A stretch of 64,000 nt of DNA from Octopus vulgaris (GCA_951406725.2 OX597814.1:69440001-69504000); one strand, 5' to 3'. Shown: positions 39,577 to 53,797, counted from the first letter of the stretch. The notes: generated from the letters alone by a model not told the origin. A program made the numbers and translations.

Positions 39577-42500
39577 ATGTGTGCATTATGTGGTCGGTTG
39601 AGCTGAAAATATGCACACCTATGTTAAAAGTGCTGGCTAGTTTGCATGGCAACTATTTTTTTCCTCAAATGAAAGGCGTGACCTCTAGGACAAAATTCCT
39701 CATCTTGTAAAATGTGGCCCGAGTAGACCCGAATGAAATCAGATTATATTAACCAAAATGAGAAAAGGGGTCTAAATGGGGCTGGAAGGGGATTAAAATT
39801 TACAGGAGCGTGTGTTTAGGAATTCTCTGTTACATTAAGCTAAAAAATTTGTGCCAGCCTTTCAATCTTCAATGTGTTGCCGTCCATGATGAAGAAGTTT
39901 TGAATGCTTGCCATGGTGAGTCTACTGCCATGAGAAAGAATCACTTGAAAACTTGGTGTTTAGGAATTTTCTTTTACATCAAGTTCAAAATTTTACGCCA
40001 GCCGTTAAACTGCCACTGCGTTGCTGTCCGTCGTTAAGAAATGCCAGCCATGGTGACTCTACTATCCTCAGATTCTATCCCTTCAAACTTTGGTTTCCAA
40101 TATTTTTATATTTTTATTCAGCTCGCAAGTTCGTCTGTCCCTTTTAAATGTTAGTGTTTTACTGTCTGCCTTGAAGCAGACCTTTCCGTTGTCACTGCCT
40201 GATATTTATGATTGATCTTTCAAACTACTTTCTTTCTCAACTTACTCAAGATCTTTTGTTGTTTATAAATGGGAGAGAGATAGATAAAGATAGAGAGTAA
40301 GAGAAAACGAGGGAGAGTCCGAGAGAAATGAAGAGTAAGAGAGTGGGAAAGTGAGAGAGAAAGGAGAGAGAATGTGGCGAAAAGGAACAGAAAGGAAGCA
40401 ACAGAAAGTAGCAACCACAACCTCACCCGTGCGTCTCTATATTATAATTCTGAAATGCGAAAAGTTTGTTTGTTGGTTTTTGGCATTAGAACGGGTTAAA
40501 GGCCACTAGATCCCGTCAGATTGACTCCAAAATTTACAGGAACATGTAAAATGAGGTGAAGATGCGAGTGGGCTAGGTCAGAAATCCCCAAAAACGCACA
40601 CTTTGACAAGTCTACTCTCATTCTTTTATGTGTCTGTCTTTCTCCATCTCTCTCTCTCTTTCTTCCCTTCCTTTCACTTTCTCTCTATAAAGTCGTTTGA
40701 TAGCATCTACTATCTTTCCTCCGCCGTTTTTTGCCAGCGCTGTCACACACTCTCTCTCTCTATGTCTGTCTGCATTATCATCGCCACAACCACCACACAA
40801 TCAAGAGAATCTTTCTCTTAAAACAAATAATCTTTAGGTTTCAAAATATTTGATTTTTCAGTCCTCTCTTTCATATATCACCTTTTCTTCCTCGATATCT
40901 CTCTTTTCCCCCTTCCCTCCAATTTCTCTCTCTATAATGACGTTTGACACCTCCGCCATCTCTCTTTCTTCTCCAACGCGTCTCTCAATGTATTTCTGCT
41001 TGTATCTATAAAGACGAAACTTGACAGCCACAAAAGTTTAAATATTCCTACCACAGGTCTTTCCGAAAGGTGAATTATTATCTCCCACCACCACTGCACA
41101 ATTATAACAGATATTATTTATCAGAAGATATGTTATTATTTTGCGCAGATACAAGATTTGCTCTGCTAAGAAATATTATACCCTTTTAAAGAATTTATTT
41201 GTATGCTCAAGGCGACTGTCGTTAACAAAAATTTGTTGGTAAATTGAAAAATTTTCCAGTTTTGAAATATTTACTTCTTAACTATTTTATTAGTTTTCTC
41301 ATTGTAAACCAAATCATCTTTAGGTTTTAAAAAGTCTGCTTCCATTCTCTTATCTGCCTGTCTTCCTCCATCTCTCTCTGTTTCTTCCTTTCCCATCACT
41401 TTCTCTCTATAATGTCACTTGACAGCGTCTACAATCTTTCCCCTGCTGCCTTCGCCAGAGCTCTCACTCTTTCTGTCGCATCCTCTCACTCTCTCTCTCT
41501 CTCTACGTCTGTCTGCATTCATAGAGAGAATTATCATCGCCACCACAACCACATGATCATGAGAACAAATATTATGAATCAGATATTTATTGGGTTAATC
41601 TATATATGTGTGTGTGTGTTCTATACATAAATATGTATATATAATGTATATATACAAAGTGTATATAATGTATATATACAAAGTGTATATATCTGTATTT
41701 ATATATTATATATGTATATATATATATGTGTGTGTGTGTGTGTAATTTGTATACATTGGTATATATAATGCGTACACACACACACACATATATATAATGC
41801 GTATATATGTACATATATGTACATAATGTGTATATATGTACATATATATATATATATAATGTGTGCATTATGTGATCGGTTGAGCTGAAAATATGCACAC
41901 CTATGTTAAAAGTGCTGCCGAGTTTGCATGACAACTATTTTTTTCCTCAAATGACCTCTAGGACAAAATTCCTCATCTTATAAAATGTGGCCCGAGTAGA
42001 CCCAAAATTTTAGGCCAGCTGTTAAACTGCCACTACGTTGCTGTCCGTCGTTAAGAAATGCCAGCCATGGTGACTCTACTATCCTCAGACTTTATCCCTT
42101 CAAACTTTGGTTTCCAATATTTTTATTCAGCTCGCAAGTTCGTCTGTCCCTTTTAAATGTTAGTGTTTTGCTGTCTGCCTTGAAGCAGACCTTTCCGTTG
42201 TCACTGCCTGATATTTATGATTGATCTTTCAAACTACTTTCTTTCTCCACTTACTCAAGATCTTTTGTTGTTTATAAATGGGAGAGAGATAGATAGAGAA
42301 AGATAGAGAGTAAGAGAAAGCAAAGGAGAGTCCGAGAGAAATAAAGAGTAAGAGAGTGGGAAAATGAGAGAAAGGAGAGAGAAACAAAGGGGGAGAATGT
42401 CGTGATAAAAAACAGAAAGGAAGCAACAGAAAGTAACAACCACAACCTCATCCGCGCGTAGAGCGGGTCACCTTAAGCTAGTCTCTATATTATATATCTG

Positions 42501-45475
42501 AAATGCGAAAAGTTTGTTTGTCTGGTTTTTGCCATTGAGAATGGGTTAAAGGCCACTAGATCCCGTCGGATTGACTCCGAAATTTACAGGGACATGTAAA
42601 ATGAGGTGAGGATGGGAGTGGGCTAGGTTAGAAATCCCTATCTTAAAAGGTATGGTTACTAGGGCAAAAAACGCACACTTTGACAAGTCTTCTTACATTC
42701 TCTTCCTGTCTTCCTCCGTCTCTCTCTGTTTTCTCCCTTCCCATCACTTTCTCTCTATAACGACGTTTGACAGCTACTACTATCTTTCCCCTGCCACCTT
42801 CGCCAACGCTGTCACTCTCTCTCCCACCGCCCCCCCTCTCTCTCTCTGTACGCCTGTCTGCATTCATAGAGAGTTTTATTATCGCCACCACCACCACACA
42901 ATCATGAGAACAAATATTATGAATCAGATATTTATTGGGTTAATTTATATATGTGTGTGTGTGTATCTGCATCTATATATAAATATGTATATATACATTA
43001 TATATACAAAGTGTATATATCTGCATTTATATATATATATGTATCCAATATGTATACAATTGTATATATAATGCGTACACACATACACACATATATACAT
43101 AATGCATATATATGTACATATATATATATATATATATATATTATGTGTACATTATGTGGTCAGTTGAGCTGAAAATTTGCACACCTATGTTAAAAGTGCT
43201 GGTGAGTTTGCATGGCAACTATTTTTTTCCTCAAATGAAAGGCGTAACCTCTAGGACAAAAGTCCTCATCTTTTAAAATGTGGCCCGATTTCACCCGAAT
43301 GAAATTGGCTTATATTAACCAGACAAGTAAAACAATGAAAAACTATGCCATTTTAATGCCAAGTAAGATCGGGTATCTCTGTAGGTCTGCTACATATTTG
43401 TGAAAAGGGCAGACGTTGTCTCACAAGCAGTTATACAGGCAAAAGTGTTAGTAAATTTGCACACCTATGTTAAAAGTCCTGGCGAGTTTGCATGGCAACT
43501 TTGAGGTTGCTCAATTGAAAGGTATAGCCTCTAGGGCAAAATTCCTCATCTTTAAAGTGTGGCCTGCATAGACCCGAATGAAATCGAGTTATAATACCGA
43601 AACAAAAAAAAAAACAATGATAAACTATTTTAATCCCGAGCAAGACCGGGCTTCTCTGCTATCTATATATATAAATGAGGCTTTGGGTCAAAATTATGTG
43701 CACGTTTTGCTATGTCAGAGGTTGGCGGCCACACTAGTGGTCAGATCGAGCTGAAAATTGACACAGGCATAGAAGGCGTGATGAGGCAGAGTTGAGTTGG
43801 TTAAAACTCACCATCTGGAAAGATGCGGTTGCTATGGTGAGAAGATTCAAGGGGGCTCTAAGCCCCTCCAGATTGGCGCGATTGGCATCTAATCCTATCT
43901 ATAAAATGAAGGTGAACGTAGACACAAATTGGATTTTTACGTAAAAAGGGGTCTAAATGGGGCTGGAAGGAGATTCAAATTTACAGGAGGGGTAACTTGA
44001 GGGGGGAAATTGATTGGGAGACGTTTTGTGGCACCACAGTGGTTGCTTTGGTGTGAAAACTGGAATTTTATTGATTGGGGGGGGGGGACACTTGGTTGTC
44101 TAGATTGGACACCTTTTGCCTAATTTCTATCAAATTTTCAACATGGTAAAGTGGAAGCGCATTTGTAATTTAAACACGGAAATCTAATTTTTTATAAATG
44201 GCAGAGAGATAGATAGAGAAAGATAAAGAGTAAGAGAAAGCGAGGGAAAGTCTGAGAGAAAGGAAGAGTAAGAGAGTGGGAAAATGAGAAAGGATAGAGA
44301 AACAAAGAGGGAGAATGTGGCGATAAGAAACAGAAAGGAAGCAATAGAAAGTAACAACCACAACCTCACCCACGTGTAGAGCAGGTCACGTTAAGCTAGT
44401 CTATATATATATAAAACAAAGGATGTCTGCATGTGTAATATGTATGTATTTCTATAGTTTTCAATTGATTCCCACCATACTTTACACACACAATGCAAGA
44501 AAATGACTGCAAAAACAAAACCTTTGACTTCTGCAGTTTTCATCTGATTTTCTCTCGCCCTATTTATTTATCTTTTCTCTACTTTTCTTCAATCTCAACA
44601 TCTGTCACTGTTCCTCTCTTTAATTTCATGTCTGTTTCTTTCACTCACTCACTCTCCCTCTCTCTCAAACTGACACACAATATCTTCTTTTGACTACAAA
44701 TTGACTTCCATGTTTTTCAAATAGTCTTGCATTAAAATCTGTGTCATTACCATTTCTGTGTACTCCCAATGAAAAATAAATTGGTTACTTTTTTTTTTAT
44801 CCAGTATTTAAATTCAGTTTTGCCTAAAAATTGACTTCCATCAATATCTTTGTCTTCGCTCTCCTTTTCCAACAGATTCTCTCCCTTTGGCTTCTGCAGT
44901 TTTCATCCAATTCTCTCCTTCTCTCAATGTTTATTTATCACTTCTCTTTCCTTCTCTCCACTCTGACCATCTGTCACGGTTCCTCTCTTTATTTCTATGT
45001 CTGTTTCTTTCACTCATTTTCTCTCTCTCTCTTTCTCTCTTTAATTGACACAAAATAACTTCTGTATAAAAATTGTCTTCCATTTATTTTACATAGTCTT
45101 GCATTTAAATAAGTCATTATGTTAAATTCTCACTGAAAAATAACTTGGTTATTTCTCATTTTCATTCACTCACTGTGTCTAAATTGAGTTTTGCCATATG
45201 TGCCTAAATATTGACATCTGTGTCTTCAGTGTGATTTTCCAAGCAATTCTCTCCATCTCTCACTGTTTTTTTTATCTCTTCACTTTCATTTTCTCCACTC
45301 TCAACAACTGTCACTGTTCCTCCCTTTAATTCTATGTGTTTCTTTCTCTCATACTTCCTCTCTCTCTCACTCTTTCCTTCTTTCCTACCTTCTTTCTTTC
45401 CTTCCTTCCTTCTTTCTTTCTCCCTCCCACTTTCTTTTCTTCTTTCCTTTCTTTCTCCCTCTCTCTTTCTCTCTG

Positions 45476-45896
45476 AGCGTGATCATTGCCAGGGACACAG
45501 ATTGGTTCCCATGCTGGTGGCATGTAAAAAGTACCATTCAAGCGTGATCATTGCCAGCGTTGCCTTACCAGCACATGTGCCACTGGCATGTAAAAAACAA
45601 CGTTTGAGTGTCGTCATTGCCAGTGCCGCTAGACTGGCTCCCGTGCAGGTAGCACGTAAAAAACACCTTTTGAGCATGGTCATTGCCAGAACTGCCTGAC
45701 TGGCCCTTGTGCCAGTGGCACATAAAAGCACCCACAACACTCTCAGAGTAGTTGGCATTAGGAAGGGCATCCAGCTGTAGAAACTCTGCCAGATCAGATT
45801 GCACCTGGTGCAGCCTTCTGACTCACCAGTCCTCAGTCAAACAATCCAACCCATGCCAGCATGGAAAGCAGACATTAAGCGACAATGATGATGATG
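45476..45896 (+). mobile_element. RTE family A 3' UTR fragment
   Basis: Shared 3' UTR motifs ending in (GAT)n. Confidence 0.8.
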
Positions 45897-46027
45897 TTTG
45901 ACTAAAGGCGGTGCTCTAGCATGGCCACAGTCAAATGACTGAAACAAGTAAAAGACTAAAAACTGTACCATTTTAGTCCCAAGCAATGCTGGGTATCTCT
46001 GCTAGTATATTAATAAAAAATATTTTA

Positions 46028-47495
46028 ACTAGAAAAGCACTCGGAGAGTGCAGACCTCTGCCAAGCAGTTCATTTCCACCCATATATACAATGTCATTAT
46101 CATGATGGTTACCTTGACAGTCACATTCACCACCACAACCAGTATAACCACTGCAATACCACCATCCTCAGCATCACACATCACACCGCTTCTGTCGCCA
46201 TTGTAACCACTGATACTATTTTATCCTCCTCCCATACTTATCTCGACCATCATCATCATCAACACTGTCTCTGCTTTCACTACAATCACCATCAAAATTA
46301 CACTCACCACAATCACCGTCAAAACTACAATCACCACAATCAGTTTCTTTACACAGTTGAAAATCCATTATCCAATACTCATGGGACCGAGATTGCTGCA
46401 GACATTTGATTTTTCTAATTTCGGAGTTCTTTATAAATTTTTTTTTAAAATTGCATCTACAAAACAGAACAGTTTGAGGATAGAAACACAATAGCTTATA
46501 GACATATTCTGAATGTAGCTCTATATAAATCTTTAATAATTTTTTATACTTAAGACCATCAGAAATGTTAAGATATCAGCCTCTACCCACGTTGTCATGC
46601 TTTGATTAATAGCTTACAGCATAGATTAAATTAATTAGATAAGTTTCGGCCATAGTTGACTCAGGCCATGTCTAATTTAATAGCACTACCTGGAAGAGAT
46701 ACACAGTCAGTTCTGAGGAACAGTAACCCAATCAAGCAGAGGATTATTGCTTTCAGAGACATATCTGGGTGTGGGTGGTTTATCTGGTATTTGTTAGGGG
46801 TAATCATCTAGGGATCATTTGAATGCCATGAAGTCACTTTCCTCCTTTATGTGTGTCTGGCATGATGTTGAAGAGAGCAAGGTCAATTGAGGTGAAATAG
46901 TTCTATCATAGTGTTGTGATATGACATGAACATTTCTGTAGTGGATGGATGGCAAAGGGGCCAAGCCTCAGATGAATTTTAAAGATGGGCAATGTTGATG
47001 GAATATTTTCCACATCATGCAGATGATATAGAGCTCACAGTGGTGGTGGAGGGAGCAAAGCCTGAGCTTTTTGAGTTGATCCCAATAGTCAAGGCTTGTC
47101 ATGTCATCCTCCGCAGACCTCTGCCAAGCAGTTCATTTTAAGATAGATACACAAGTAAAATTACTGATAGAGAAAGGAAAATAAACTTTGGAATCAGCAA
47201 CACCACCATAGGTTACGTGGAAACTATGAACGTGTTTTCAAGGGAGATAATCAAAGAATGTAACGTAATACTTCATGTAAAGTAGATATAACAAATGAAA
47301 AATCCTTCATGAATCCATAAAAATTCCTGAATCACTACTAACATTTCATCATCTGTTCCTTGTGTTATTACCAACTTTTCTTACAAGTTTCATCAAATAC
47401 TGTTCACAACTTTTTGAGTAATTTTTCACACAGACAGACAGACGGACAAACCAACACTGATGAAAACATAACCTCCTTCATTGATAGAGGTAACT
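46028..47495 (+). mobile_element. Helentron/HINE-like non-autonomous element
   Basis: Starts AACTAGAAAAGCACTCGGAGAGTGCAGACCTCTGCCAAG and ends (CAGA)n..AACATAACCTCCTTCATTGATAGAGGTAA (terminal hairpin). The GCAGACCTCTGCCAAGCAGTTCATTT block is repeated at ~47113. Confidence 0.55.
46700..47110 (-). mobile_element. CR1-group LINE 3' fragment
   Basis: Minus strand ALFNIMP..FMAFK*SLDDY..QIPDKP, similar to the element at 19093. Confidence 0.55.
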
Positions 47496-47585
47496 ATTCT
47501 CAGTGCATTTTCAACTTCTATTTTTCCCATATTTTCACCTGTGTGGAATAAAATAACTTAGTTTTTCTCTCTCTCTCTCTCTCTC

Positions 47586-47653
<68 letters not shown>

Positions 47654-47856
47654 CTTTATTAATAAATCTGTGAAGACATCACAAAAACTGTTACTCTTTC
47701 CCATTCATCAGATAGTCTGACGAACGGGAACGTGAAACTTTGAGTAACAGTTTTCATGATGTCTTTACAGCATTATTAATAAAGCATGATACTCTACCTC
47801 TGGTAGTATTCGAGTACTATTTTTTTCCACCTTGTTTCACATTTATGTGCTTACTG
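47654..47856. mobile_element. Second copy of the hammerhead-bearing fold-back element (cf. 4227-4458)
   Basis: Follows (TA)n; inverted arms ~47654-47715 / 47716-47784 and the shared tail. Confidence 0.75.
47713..47754 (+). ncRNA. Minimal type I hammerhead ribozyme-like motif, canonical core
   Basis: CTGACGA (47717-23), stem II ACG-GGAA-CGT, GAAA (47734-37), CTTTGAG, TA, ACAGTTTT. The 5' strand of stem I is truncated at the inversion centre. Confidence 0.65.
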
Positions 47857-48514
47857 TTCGTGACCCACCTCTCTGTATCACTATGTGTCTCTCCCTCTCT
47901 CTCGGCAGTCACTCTGTCTGTGTCTATCTCTCCCTCTCTTTCGATTACCACTCGCCTCGCCAAGACTCCCTACTTCTTACTTCCCCCACCACCAATCTAT
48001 ATAAACTAGCGCATGCATGATGACACTCCTATTCGATTTCGATACCTTGGCTTTAAAATACAAATCCCAGAGGATGCAAAATTTCAGATAAGAGACTAAC
48101 CTTTCAACTTGTTACCTACCTTCCATTATATTTCTGTGCATATCATCATAAACCCTTATTATTATTTTCTCTCTTTTTTGTGTTATTCTGTCTATTTCAG
48201 CACCATGCCATCATGTAAATATAGTTCTATAGTTTTGTCTTACTGTTGATGTCAAAGATAACCTTAGCTCACGCAATTCCTTAATCTGCAACATATTCTC
48301 TCACTCATCTATGAAGTTTATCTATTTACTATTATCAACTTCAGCTGTCTCATTAATTAACTATGCCACTCAATCCCAAAACCATTCCTCCTGCATGTCG
48401 TGACACCCACCCTCTCTGCTCACTATGTGTCTATCTATCTATCTATCTGTCTATCTATCTGCCTTCACCCTGTCTGTCTGTCTCTCTTAATTCCTAGCAC
48501 TCGCCCGTGTTTGC

Positions 48515-50241
48515 TAGTTCACAGTTCACCCACCCTTCCACCCACCTCCACCTGTACCGGATGTCCCTATTTTGTCATCCTTTGGTTGTCTCCCATGAAC
48601 ACTTCTAAAGGCCTTACGCCATCCCCACCCCTACTATATAAGGTAGTGATCATACAGTGCAAAATATGATAGTATAGTGTACGCAGGTTCAACATAAGAC
48701 TATTGTTTGCTTATGAATTCTGCCAAATGTGAGCTCTCTTTTCAGGTACATGACGCCACTGCCCCTTATCCCAGGGTCTCTAAGGACCATACCTCCCACA
48801 CCCTCAGAGTTGGCACTCTCAACGTCAGCACACTGAAAGGTAGGTCTGGTGAGATTGTCGAGATGCTTGAACAGAGATGTGTCAATATGTGCTGCATCCA
48901 AGAAGTAAGGTGGAGAGGAGGTTCTGCTAGGTTCCTCACAGGCAAAGAACACAGGTACAAGATTTTCTGGGCAGGGAACACTGAAGAGGTTGTGGGTGTG
49001 GGTATACTTCTTGTGGAAAAATGGGTAGATGAGGTAATTGAGGTAGTCAGGGTATGCGACAGAATACGACAGATTAGATTAGTGCTCCATCATGGGTTAG
49101 CAACCATTATCTCGGCCTATGCCCCTCAGCCAGGGCTACCCGATAGACAGAAAGATTGATTCTATGACACTCTCTTGCAGACTACCAGATTGACGAATGA
49201 CAGGGACCTTCTCTTTGTGGCTGGTGACTTCAATGGACATGTTGGACAACATGTCGGGGGCTTCCATGGCATACATGGAGGCTATGGTTTTGGCTCTCGC
49301 AATGAGGAGGGAACCAGGCTGCTGGAGTTCTGTGACGCAAATGATCTTATGGTTTGCAATACTAACTTCAGAAAACCTGCCAGTCACCTAGTCACCTACT
49401 GCTCTGGCAGGCACACTAGTCAGATCGACTACATCCTCACCAGAAAAAGGGAAAGATGGCTGCTTATAAATGCCAAAACCTTCCCAGGTGAAGAATGTAC
49501 CCCACAACATAGACTGGTAGTTAGTGACTTCAGGATCAGGGCTAAATGAATGCCCAGACGATGACCAGCAAAAAGAAGAATGGACAGAGATTTAGAGACA
49601 TATTACTCAAAGCCTTTGATGAAATAGAAGTGGATATAGTTTCACATGGTGTAGAAGACAACTGGAGGTTCCTATGGGACAACCTGCTAAGGGCCACTGA
49701 CCAGATCTGTGGATGGTGCAAAGTCCTCTCTCGACCCAAAATAACGTGGTGGTGGAACAATGTTGTTGACAGGGCTATTTGACAAAAGAAACAGGCTCGG
49801 AAGGACTGGAAGAACGGTGGTAGCAGGGAAATGTATCAGACTGCCAAAAGAGAAGCTAGGAGACAGGTCTATTTAGCCAGACGGGAAGCAGATAAGAAAA
49901 AATTTGCCAATGTTCTGCACCGTGAGGACCAAAGACTTGAGATATTTCATGTTGCCAGACAGTGTGTGAGAGAGAATCGTGATGTGGTAGGAGAGAAATG
50001 TGTTCGCATGGATGATAGTTCACTTGTGCTAAATGAGGATGCAAAGAGAGAGGTTTGGAGACGCCACTATGAAAAGTTGCTGAATAAAGAAAATGAATGG
50101 GAGAAAGAGAGTCTGCTGAATGTCGACCCAACAGAGGGACCAGCTATCCGAGTTGACAGTACCTTGGTAGATAAGGCAATTAGAAGTATGAAGACAGGGA
50201 AAGCCCCCGGCCCATCAGGAATTACTGCAGAGATGCTCAAA
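48515..50241 (+). mobile_element. RTE family A 5' part (AP endonuclease and linker)
   Basis: LRVGTLNV..CCIQEVRW..ISAYAPQ, VAGDFNGHVG, QIDYIL, QHRLV, KAPGPSG. Confidence 0.9.
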
Positions 50242-50477
50242 TTAAATATTTAAATGTTTATATACTTGTGTGTTTTTAATACAAATATTATCTCAAACTT
50301 TATATTGATTTATTAATGTCAAAGAAAGAACACATATATAGTGAATATTCTATTGGATAATAGGTCATGCTCCTCTAGTTTTCCGCTAGTATTGCCTCCA
50401 TTCAAATTATATATATATATACATGTCTCTTTGCAGCTGTGTTTGTCTACTACTTCACAACCAGTGTTGGTGTGATT

Positions 50478-53424
50478 ACCTTCCTTCGTAAAAGAGAGTA
50501 TACCTTTCTCTGGCAGGGGAAAGGCATAGATGAATTCAGAGAGTATGGTGTCAGCTTTGCCATGAAGAACTCTGCTGAAGTTGGTAGAACTCAGCAGCAA
50601 TGGTTCAGAGTGGATACTCTCACTTCGACTGCACACTTCTGAAGGGCCTGTCAATCTTATCAGTGTCTATGCTCCAACTCTCTATTTCTCACAAGATGCT
50701 AAAGATAAGTTCTACAATCAGCTCTCTAGGAAAATACAGGCGATCTCAAATGGAGGACAGCTGGTGCTATTTTGTGACTTCGACACCAAAGTGGGAGCCG
50801 ATCATGACTCCTGGCCAGGGTGTCTGGGTCAGTATGGGGTTGTGGCAACATGAATAAAAATGGGCAATGGCTGCTTGAGCTCTGCATGCTCCATGGAATA
50901 TGTGTCACAAATACCTACTTCCAGACCAAAGCTCAACAGGGGGTCACCTGAGATCACCTTCGCTCAGGGGACTAGCAACCAGCTAGATTTTCACAAGATT
51001 ATCACAAGATGTAACCACCTGAGGAATGTCCTCCTGACACAGTCTTTTCAGAGTGCTGACACAGACCTTTCCTTGGTTTGTTGCAATCTCAAACTCCAAC
51101 CAAAAACGATGCTCAGTGCAAAGCCTCCAGGCAAGCAGCATATCAAGACACTGGAAGACACTCTCCTTGCAGAAGGCAATGTTCAGCAGAGATGGGACTC
51201 TCTCAGGGACATCATCTATAGCACTGCACTGAAGGCCTTTGAGAGGAGGAGGAAAATACACAAGACTGGTTTGAGGTGAGTGTGAAATAGCTCAATACCT
51301 CATGAAGGAGAAGCGTGCTGCCCTGCTGAAGCACAAACACCAACCCACCAGGGCAATGCTGTAAGCTTTGAGATCAACAAGGAACATGTGAGATAGTGTG
51401 CAAATAACTACTGGTTATAACTTTGTGTAGATATGCAACTTTTGTTTGATATGGGCAACATTCATGGAATGTATAAGGACATCAAGAGAGTCATTGGCCC
51501 AAGCCTGAGCAAGATAGCTCCACTCAAATCCAGAACAAAGGAAGTTATCAAGGGCAAAAGAGAGCAGCTGGAGAGATGAGTGGAATATTATTCTGAACTC
51601 TATGCCAAGGAAAACAACATCTCGAACTGTGTGCTAGATACCATAGAACACCTACCTGTCATGGAGGAACTGGAACTGCTGAAGAACTGAGCAGAGCTAT
51701 CGATGGCTTGCATATTAAAAAAACACCAGGTTTGGATGGCATCCTACCAGAGATCTTCAGATGTGCAAGGAGAGTTCTACTTAGCCACATACTGAAACTA
51801 CTGTGTCAATGCTGGGAGAAGGGATCAGTCTCAAAAGACATGAAAGACTACAACATTGTCACCCTATATAAAAACAAAGGGGACAAAAGTGACTATAATA
51901 ATTATCAAGGCATCTTGCTGTTAAGCATTGTCAGGAAGGTCTTTGCCTGCATGGTCCTAAACAGACTGCAGAAAATCCCTGAAAGGGTGTACCCTGAATC
52001 TCAGAGTGGTTTCAGTTCAGAATGCTCCACCAATGACATGGTCTTCTCTCTTCAGGAGAAGTGCTGAGATTAAAGGTGACCATACTTTATCACCTTCATT
52101 GACCTCACAAAGACAGTATGTTCAAAATCCTTGCCAAGATTGGCTGTCCTCCAAGACTCCTCAAGTTTGTCCAGTCATTTCACACAGACACAAAGACATC
52201 ATTCAATTTGATGGCTCTTCTTCGGAAGCATTCAACATACATAGCAGCATGAAGCAGGGCTGTGTGCTTGCTCCTACTCTGTTTGGCATCTTCTTTGCAG
52301 TCATGCAGAAACATGCATTTGGGACATCAACTGATGGTGTTTACCTTCACATCAGATCCGACAGAAAACTGTTTAGTCTGTTGAGGTTAAAAGCAAAATC
52401 TTGGGTGCACCAGGTACTCATCAGAGAAATGCTGTTTGTGGATGATGCAGCACTGACAGTGCACTCTGAGGAGTAAATGCAGCACCTCACAGACAAACTT
52501 TCAAAGGCTTGTCAGGAATTCAGCCTGACTATGAGTATGAAGAAGACCAAAGCACTGGGCCAAAGTGCCAAGCATCCCACCACCATCACCATCAACAACT
52601 ACAAGCTGACTGGAGGTAGTCCATGAATTCACCTACCTTGGCTCTACCATTGCTAATGATCTCTCCCTGGACCCTGAGATCAACAGATGAATCAGATAAG
52701 CATCCTCCACATTTACCAGGCACACAAAGAGAGTCTGTGAAAGCAAAAAAGTGGTTGCAAACACCAAAATTGCTGTCTATAAGGTGCATGTCCTTAGTAC
52801 ACTAATTTACAGCAGTGAGACATGAAACCTCCACTCTAGACAGGAGTGGCATCTCAACGTCTTCCACCTTAGTAATTTGAGATAAATCTTGGATATCAAG
52901 TGGACTGACTACATTACCATCACTGAAGTCCTCAACATACTCAAGATTCTCAATATACTCACTCTACTCCAGCAGTGTTGTCTGTACTGGCTCAGTCATG
53001 TACATTGCATGCTGGATGGGAGGATCCCAAAAGACTTCCTGCATGGGAGGTCTTTTGAGATCCACAAGAGCATGAGGATGACCTCATCTTTGTTTTAAGG
53101 ACATCTGTAAGAGGGATATGAAGTTGCATGATCTGGCCATCCTGAGATGGGAGGAGGTTGCAAATGATCACCCACACTGGAGACAAATACTGCAAAAGGG
53201 GATGAAGCGAGCAGAAGAAAAACAGGAACTCACCACCAAAGAAATACACACTCAACAAAAAACTAGCAGTGCCAGCAGAGAGCTCCTTCAAATGCAGTCA
53301 CTGTATGCTTCACTGCCACTCCCATGTGGGCCTGTATAGCCACAAAAGTTGCTGTACCACCATCAACAATGGACACAATTTCTTTGGGTGCAGAGCCATG
53401 GCCTCTAGAGACTGCCAGATGTCG

Positions 53425-53457
<33 letters not shown>

Positions 53458-53468
53458 GCTACTACTAC
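50478..53468 (+). mobile_element. Near full-length degenerate RTE family B (BovB-like) LINE with (CTA)n tail
   Basis: ISVYAPTL, PGLDGI, YQGILLLS, KQGCVLAPTLF, LFVDD; C-terminal CSHC..H; (CTA)n at 53426-53468. Confidence 0.9.
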
Positions 53469-53797
53469 TTATATATCAGGGGTGTGCTAGGTGTGTACTG
53501 CGCCCATTGAAAATGGCAAATTCATAAATATTAACCTTACTCATTAATTTAATTCCAAATCATAATGGAAAACTTTTGTTATACCCCCTGTTTGAAATTT
53601 GGTGGCAGGTGCCCTGAAATAACACTGCACACCTCACAGCACATTGCATCATAATATAGTACCAAGCATATCGTAGAATAATAGGAGAATGACAAAAAAT
53701 TAATGGTGAAGGGTGTGTAACACCTTTGACAACATGGTCACATGTTCGTGGCAAGAATTTTTTTTGAAAAATTTTATCCTGTATTAGATGTAAATAT

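Larger units (their letters stand above)
36149..46005 (+). mobile_element. Tandem array of non-autonomous Helitrons (several related ~1.6-2 kb units plus other families)
   Basis: Hairpin CCCGCGCGTAGAGCGGG + CTAG directly followed by TC-start at 38798/38799, 42481/42482 and 44399/44400. Further starts at 40434 and 43662; last 3' end CTAG|T at 46005. Repeated internal ORF-like text appears in the track. Confidence 0.8.

Noticed and set aside
36628-43172. Recurrent similar ORFs suggesting a tandem gene family
   Set aside because: They come from repeated non-coding Helitron units, with no protein motifs and inconsistent frames.
45476-45730. Regularly spaced repeats (TGGCATGTAAAAAGCACC-like) reminiscent of a CRISPR array
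   Set aside because: Degenerate internal tandem repeats of the RTE 3' UTR in a eukaryotic genome; spacers are related to each other and there are no cas genes.
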